DNA from: Deltaproteobacteria bacterium
Lineage (GTDB): Bacteria; Myxococcota_A; UBA9160; SMWR01
DNA: 64,000 nucleotides
Assembly (NCBI GenBank): GCA_032128115.1
Contig: JAQBHB010000082.1
Span: 24,781-88,780, forward strand
Direction: 5' to 3'
The translations under genes and the position numbers were made by a program. Positions within the stretch are counted from its first letter, which is position 1. Each line of letters starts with the position of its first letter. Under the pieces are notes generated by a model that was not told where the DNA came from, did no database searches, and saw only the letters and a program-made list of their open reading frames with translations. Below, piece after piece: positions 59,268 to 64,000 of the stretch.

Positions 59268-59828
59268 TCAATCGTTCGGATATTCGTAGCGCTCTGGCCT
59301 GGCCGGATAGGAGACGACGAATCCCTCCCGGTTGGGCATGACGACCTTGGGCAGCGTTTCCGCGTTGACGATCTCATCCGAGCTGATGATCTCGTTGATC
59401 TGCAGCAGATACGCGGTGAGCGCGTAGTAATCGTCGTTGCCGAGCGACATCGGCGCCGTATAGGGCATCGCGCGCCGAATGTAATTGAATACGGTGGTCG
59501 CGTAGGGCCAGTAGCTGCCGATCGTCTTGACCGGCATTTCGGTTCCCAGCGTGCCCTGTCCTCCAACGAGGCGGTCGGCGGGGTTGCCAGCGCCCTCGAG
59601 ACCATGGCAAGCCTGGCAGTGGAGCTGAAACAAGACCCTCCCTTCAGCTGCCGTGCCGCTGCCCGGCGGGAGGTTCTCACCATCCGGGAAAATCGACCAG
59701 AACACGCGGGCCACGTCTTCGTTCGAGGCAGGCAGGCCCAGCCCGGGTGCTCCATCCCCGACCTGGCCACCCCTTGCGCAGGCGATACCCAGGCAGGCCA
59801 GCGCCAGCACCAGGCTACGCGTAGACAT
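59268..59828 (-). CDS. soxD: SoxD/SorB-like monoheme cytochrome c
   Basis: Signal/lipobox, LPPGSGT..EG, CQACH, TIGSYWPYATTVFNYIRRAMP, MPNREGF. Confidence 0.8.
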   Translation of the reverse strand: MSTRSLVLALACLGIACARGGQVGDGAPGLGLPASNEDVARVFWSIFPDGENLPPGSGTAAEGRVLFQLHCQACHGLEGAGNPADRLVGGQGTLGTEMPVKTIGSYWPYATTVFNYIRRAMPYTAPMSLGNDDYYALTAYLLQINEIISSDEIVNAETLPKVVMPNREGFVVSYPARPERYEYPND

Positions 59829-61134
59829 GACGGATCTCTCCACTCGGCAGGACTCCCCAGCTGTGGATGGCATTGAAGTGGTATGTACCCGGGCTGGACG
59901 CGCGACCTCTCGCAGCGATCAAGGCCTGGCGCGTCGGTTGCACGCGACCGGTCTCGTCGGTCGCCCGGCTCTGCAAGGTGGCCGGTCCTCCATTCCAGCG
60001 CCACGGCATGCGGAAGCGGGTCGTCATCTTCGGCGCAACGGGCTCCTGCAGCAGCGCATCTCCCCAGGTCCGCCCGGCATCGGCCGACACCTCCACACGC
60101 CGAACCCTTCCCGCGCCCGACCAGGCAAGACCGGCGATCTCGTAGTAGCCAGGCTCCTTCAACCTCATGCTGTTCGAGGGCCTCGTGATGACGGACTTCA
60201 CCTCCATTTCAAGCGTGAACTGCAGGGCCTTTCCGTCGGGCATCAGGTCGGTGTACCGCGAGGTCTCGAAGCGGGTCATGGCCGGTCGGTCCGTGACGCG
60301 AAGAGAACGCACCCATTTCACGTTCGTGTTGCCCTCGAATCCCGGATTGAACAGACGCATGGGATACCCCTGCCCCGGGCGTACCCTCTCACCGTTCTGA
60401 TACAGGGCGATTAGGGAGTCATCCAGCGCCTTTTCCATGGGTACGCTACGACTCAGCGATCCCGAATCCGCGCCTTCCGCGATGACCCATTTAGCGCCGG
60501 GTTGGACTCCAGCCTCATCGAGCAGAACTGCCAGGGGAACCCCGGTCCACTCGCTCCCTGAAAGAAATCCATGGGTACGAGCCAACGTCGCCTCGACCGG
60601 CTCTTTGCTCCACAGGGGGCCGCTGTTTCCCGCACACTCGACAAAGTAGTCATGTGTGACCGTTGGATACCGGTCGAGCCGTTCCAGGTCGAATTTCAGT
60701 GGCCGTTGGACCATGCCGTGGATCACGAGTTCGTGCCGCTCCGGGTCGATGTCCGGGATGCCGTGGTGGTTGATCTCGAAATGCAATCCGCTGGGTGTGT
60801 GGGCGCCGTGCAGAAGATCATGGGGCGTGAAGCTGACCCAGGGAATCGTCTGCCCTCGATTCTTTTCTAACGGCATGACGTATCGCTTGACGCGTTCCAG
60901 CTCGAAGCGGGACGGACGCCCATACTCTTCGATGGGAAGCCCTGGCGTCAGCAACCACTCGGGCTGGCCAGCACCTACGGGATCCGCGAAAGACGGTCTT
61001 GCTCTTCCCGCCGCCAGACCAGTCACGGAGCCCAGTGCGGCCAGCCTGAACAGCGCTCGCCGGTCGAGGAGACCCTTTTCCGCCACGGGAAGCGAATCCA
61101 GAAGGTGATCGTCCAGGCTTGCCTTCTTCGACAT
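59815..61134 (-). CDS. soxC: SoxC-like molybdopterin sulfite/sulfane dehydrogenase
   Basis: Tat motif DRRALF, TPSGLHFE..H.GIPDIDP, ECAGN (Mo ligand), SEWTGV, QNGE..RP.QGYP.R, KSVIT.P, GLAWSG, SRATDETG.VQP. Confidence 0.87.
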   Translation of the reverse strand: MSKKASLDDHLLDSLPVAEKGLLDRRALFRLAALGSVTGLAAGRARPSFADPVGAGQPEWLLTPGLPIEEYGRPSRFELERVKRYVMPLEKNRGQTIPWVSFTPHDLLHGAHTPSGLHFEINHHGIPDIDPERHELVIHGMVQRPLKFDLERLDRYPTVTHDYFVECAGNSGPLWSKEPVEATLARTHGFLSGSEWTGVPLAVLLDEAGVQPGAKWVIAEGADSGSLSRSVPMEKALDDSLIALYQNGERVRPGQGYPMRLFNPGFEGNTNVKWVRSLRVTDRPAMTRFETSRYTDLMPDGKALQFTLEMEVKSVITRPSNSMRLKEPGYYEIAGLAWSGAGRVRRVEVSADAGRTWGDALLQEPVAPKMTTRFRMPWRWNGGPATLQSRATDETGRVQPTRQALIAARGRASSPGTYHFNAIHSWGVLPSGEIRHVYA

Positions 61135-61374
61135 GGAATCCTCCGCCACCTGATCGTGTCGATCGTACTGCCCCTCTCACGCGACGTTCAATGAGTAACC
61201 TTCCATTTGCCCTGCTTCTCACGCCTGGCAGCGAGAGGATTCACGCGGGCTGAGCCCGCACTGGCACCCGCAAGCGATATCCTCGCCCCCAAGCTTCCCC
61301 CACCATGGATCGAAACGACCCGATTTGATCGGTCCGGGCGAAAAACCTCAATGAAATCGAGCCAAGCATCTCCC

Positions 61375-61417
61375 TGCCAACGGGGGGGTCGCCGGTTCGA
61401 ACCCACCCCGGTGCTCA
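61375..61417 (+). repeat. Degenerate copy of the tRNA-Gly 3' half (attR-like)
   Basis: tgccaacgggggggtcgccggttcgaaccc vs tRNA tgccaacgtgggggtcgccggttcgaaccc (29 of 30 identical), then gtgctc in register. Confidence 0.85.
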
Positions 61418-61695
61418 CGAGCTGCGAACCGAAGGTGTCGGGCAGATCCTTGAACGCTCGATGCCCGATGCCAGCGTGCTTGACGATCCACGCCCGATCG
61501 CGGCGATGGAAGCCACTGCCTGGGACAATCCCCGAGAAGGCGAGAATGGCCCGAGGACTTGCCGCTTGACCGCCTGGCCGCGAGAATCTGATAATGATCC
61601 AGGAATTACAAACAGGCGGGGGATCGAGCCACATTCACTGGCGTGTGCGTCGCTCGGATCCGAAAAGTCTCGCCGTCTTGCCGCGGAGAGGGCTC

Positions 61696-62214
61696 ATGAA
61701 AAAGAAACCCGTTTCGGTTCTCACGCTTCTGGTGGCCCTTGTGGGTATCGCCGCCCTCCCGCTGATCGCGGGCGCCGGCAGCCCCAACGTGGTGATGCTC
61801 AGTGCGGTCCCATACGCCGAAGACGCCATCGTGCGCTCAGCCGTGCGCGAAGAGTGCCGGCTGGAAACCCGGGTCGCGGAATACATCGTGGCGGCTTCCG
61901 GCGGTGCCGTGTCCACCGTGGACAAGCTGACCGGGAATGGCAGGGCGTCGGTTCTAGAAGTCGAGATCGCGGACGCGACCGAGTCGGGAAATGCTTTTGC
62001 CGGCCGCCACAAGAGCCTCACGCTCCAGGGCGAGCTGCGAGAGAACGGCAAAGTCGTGGGCAGCTTCCGCGCGCGGCGCTCTACGATGGGTGGCGTGTTC
62101 GGTGGCTACCGGAGCAACTGCTCGTTCCTGGCGCGCTGCGCGAAGACGCTCGGTCAGGACGTGGCCCAGTGGCTCCGCAACCCGACCATGAACGCCAAGC
62201 TCGGCGATGGTTGA
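61696..62214 (+). CDS. Secreted hypothetical protein
   Basis: MKKK plus hydrophobic signal peptide after a GGAGAGG RBS; two Cys; protein-like composition. Confidence 0.7.
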   Translation: MKKKPVSVLTLLVALVGIAALPLIAGAGSPNVVMLSAVPYAEDAIVRSAVREECRLETRVAEYIVAASGGAVSTVDKLTGNGRASVLEVEIADATESGNAFAGRHKSLTLQGELRENGKVVGSFRARRSTMGGVFGGYRSNCSFLARCAKTLGQDVAQWLRNPTMNAKLGDG

Positions 62215-62317
62215 TCCAGAAAATCAGATCTAGGAGCCTTCCACGCGGCCGGCCCGGACCGCCCCCTCCCAAGGGGGGGGGTCGCGGCTCATGTAGAACG
62301 AGTGCCCGAAATCGACG

Positions 62318-63064
62318 TCACCGGCGACATGTACTGGGGGCACGGCGGCGGGCTGCGGAGCCGCTGAGCACGAGCAGGCCCAGGCCTGTGAGGGGGGCCG
62401 TCGAGGGCTCGGGGACGAACTGCAGCGTGACGCTGCCCGACCCGGTGGCCGGCGCTCCCGGTGGGAAGGGACCGTTGCGGACGTAGCCAAGCACCAGGAG
62501 GCGGTAGAGCGTGCTGGCGTCGAGTGTTCCGGTCAGCGAGCCCGAGAGGAAGTTGAAGTCGTCGCCGGCCGTCCCACCGAGCGCGAAGCTCTCGTTGGGG
62601 GTGCTGGAGCTGTTCTGTCGGTTCGAGAAGAGCACGCTGCCGCCCAGCTCCTCGAGCGTCACGTTGAGCTCCACCTGCCGACCGTCCGGGTCGATCGCGC
62701 TGTAGCTACCGTCCAGGAGGTACTCGACCTCCTGGTCGAGGGAGAAGACGACCTCGATCTCACTGCGCCCGGTCTCGCGAAACACGGCGCTGCGGGCGTG
62801 GTCGAAGCCGAAGGAGAACGCGCTGTCGGCCAGCACGTACGTCGTGGTCGACGAGTTGGTGTCGCTGGCCGTGCTGGGCGCGCCGCTCGCAGGGACGGCG
62901 GCCGGGTTCTCGGTCGACGGCGCCGCGCGGCTGGCGATCGAGGTCACGTCGGCGCTGTCGATCGTGACGGTGATCGCGCGGCCGGACGAAGCCAGGAGCA
63001 GCGAAGCTGCAACGGCGAGACAGCCCGCCCAACGCACCCCCGAGCGCACCTTCCAGCGCCGCAC
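62318..63064 (-). CDS. PEP-CTERM sorting domain protein
   Basis: Signal peptide, Ser/Thr-rich body, C-terminal VPEPSTAPLTGLGLLVLSGSAARRR; start codon uncertain (63097, 63064 or 63049). Confidence 0.82.
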   Translation of the reverse strand: MRRWKVRSGVRWAGCLAVAASLLLASSGRAITVTIDSADVTSIASRAAPSTENPAAVPASGAPSTASDTNSSTTTYVLADSAFSFGFDHARSAVFRETGRSEIEVVFSLDQEVEYLLDGSYSAIDPDGRQVELNVTLEELGGSVLFSNRQNSSSTPNESFALGGTAGDDFNFLSGSLTGTLDASTLYRLLVLGYVRNGPFPPGAPATGSGSVTLQFVPEPSTAPLTGLGLLVLSGSAARRRAPSTCRR

Positions 63065-63232
63065 GAGCCTCCCCTTTCCCGTCGGCCATCCTCTCACGAA
63101 AACGGGGGCCTGGCCAGCAAGATTCGAGTGAAATCTCGGCTTTCGGCCCTGCGGAAGCCACAGCGAACGGCCGTGGGCCGCGGCAAGTGCCGGTCACTGC
63201 GCTCTGGGCCGCTGCTCTCCGGTGACGAGAGC

Positions 63233-64000
63233 CTACTCGCTGGCCTTGTTGTTGCGCTGGGCCGCCTCGAGTTTCTTGAGGTCCTCGGGCGACAACTGCG
63301 GCCGGTTCACCTTGAGCGTCAGCTTGTTGAGCCTGGCGGTCAGGGCGAATGGCGGCTGGTAGTCCGCGTCATTCACGCCAGTCAACGTGTCGGAGCCGAT
63401 GTCGAAGCTCTCGTCCCACTGCAGGATCATCGGCAGTGTTTTCTCCATCTTCTTGGTATCGACGACCTTGCCGTCCACTTTGAGCGTGCCGGTGCCGGGG
63501 CGACCGAGGCCGCTCATGTTGTTGAACGCGAGCGTGCCGACGCCGAGGCCGTCGTACTTGAAGTCGAACTCGACGGTATGCTTGCCGGGTGCGAGCGCGT
63601 TCGGTCCCTCCCACTTGATTCGTTTGAGGTCGATGAGGTTCCAGAGGAACACCGGTTTGCCTTTCAGCAGGTAGAACCCATAGCCGGCGAATCGCCCGCC
63701 CGACGTGAGGATCATGCCCTCCGCCCCGCCGGTCGGCACGTCGATCTCCGCTGTGATGGTGTAGGAACTGTTGAGCAGGACCGGCGAATCGCCCTGAGGC
63801 AGCCCGACCATCGGTCGGGTATAGACGAACTCGGTTCGCCCGGCGGTGATGTTCGGTCGTGGCGCCACGATGCGCGCAGCGACCGAAGCGTCCATCGGGA
63901 AGACCTGGTACTTCTTCGCTTCCTTGATGAACAGGTTCTTCATCTTCTTCACCTGGCCAGGATGCTGGTCGGCGATGTCCCGCGACTGGCTGAAGTCCGT
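63233..64000 (-). CDS. Arylsulfatase, C-terminal part (5' end beyond the window edge)
   Basis: DFSQSRDIADQHP...EAKKYQVFP.D...SYTITAEI...GGRFAGY...DESFDIG.DT.T.V..Y.PPF, recalled as the C-terminus of large arylsulfatases; the catalytic motif is outside the window. Confidence 0.75.
   Translation of the reverse strand, partial: TDFSQSRDIADQHPGQVKKMKNLFIKEAKKYQVFPMDASVAARIVAPRPNITAGRTEFVYTRPMVGLPQGDSPVLLNSSYTITAEIDVPTGGAEGMILTSGGRFAGYGFYLLKGKPVFLWNLIDLKRIKWEGPNALAPGKHTVEFDFKYDGLGVGTLAFNNMSGLGRPGTGTLKVDGKVVDTKKMEKTLPMILQWDESFDIGSDTLTGVNDADYQPPFALTARLNKLTLKVNRPQLSPEDLKKLEAAQRNNKASE

Larger units (their letters stand above)
59138..61417. mobile_element. tRNA-Gly-anchored genomic islet, no integrase present
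   Basis: Bounded by the tRNA and a direct-repeat copy of its 3' half at 61375-61417; the cargo looks less GC-rich than the flanks by eye. Confidence 0.6.

Noticed and set aside
61375..61417. Second tRNA-Gly gene
   Set aside because: No D arm or 5' acceptor strand, a broken T stem and no CCA; treated as an att-like fragment.

Overview
High-GC bacterial chromosome segment. Its gene content (PilZ-type proteins, a giant TPR protein, a membrane Ser/Thr kinase, a paralogous Hsp70, a sigma54 activator, a PEP-CTERM protein) suggests Myxococcota or a related deltaproteobacterium; this is inference, not a computed placement. The core genes are yebC-ruvCAB, an lpxC-like gene, ntrY/ntrX-like-pyrK-pyrD, rimP-nusA-infB-DUF503-rbfA-truB-rpsO-pnp-dut-cdsA-purB-purS, purC, purQ-purL-purF, nadB, slt-pgsA, a frameshifted UDP-sugar dehydrogenase and tRNA-Gly(GCC). 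The most notable observations are: (i) a sigma28/FliA-like promoter with a constant 15-nt spacer in front of five scattered non-flagellar genes; (ii) a sigma54 promoter with tandem palindromic enhancer sites driving a divergent LpxC; (iii) a 2.3-kb soxCD-like islet bounded by tRNA-Gly and a degenerate copy of its 3' half; (iv) a 52-bp REP-like hairpin array and an inverted copy bracketing an SDR gene; (v) a glycosylation/acetylation cassette splitting purS from purQL; (vi) a lid-less Hsp70 with a dedicated J-TPR partner; (vii) a decayed DUF35/thiolase relic. No CRISPR array, integrase or transposase was recognised. All family assignments are from motif recognition, not database searches.
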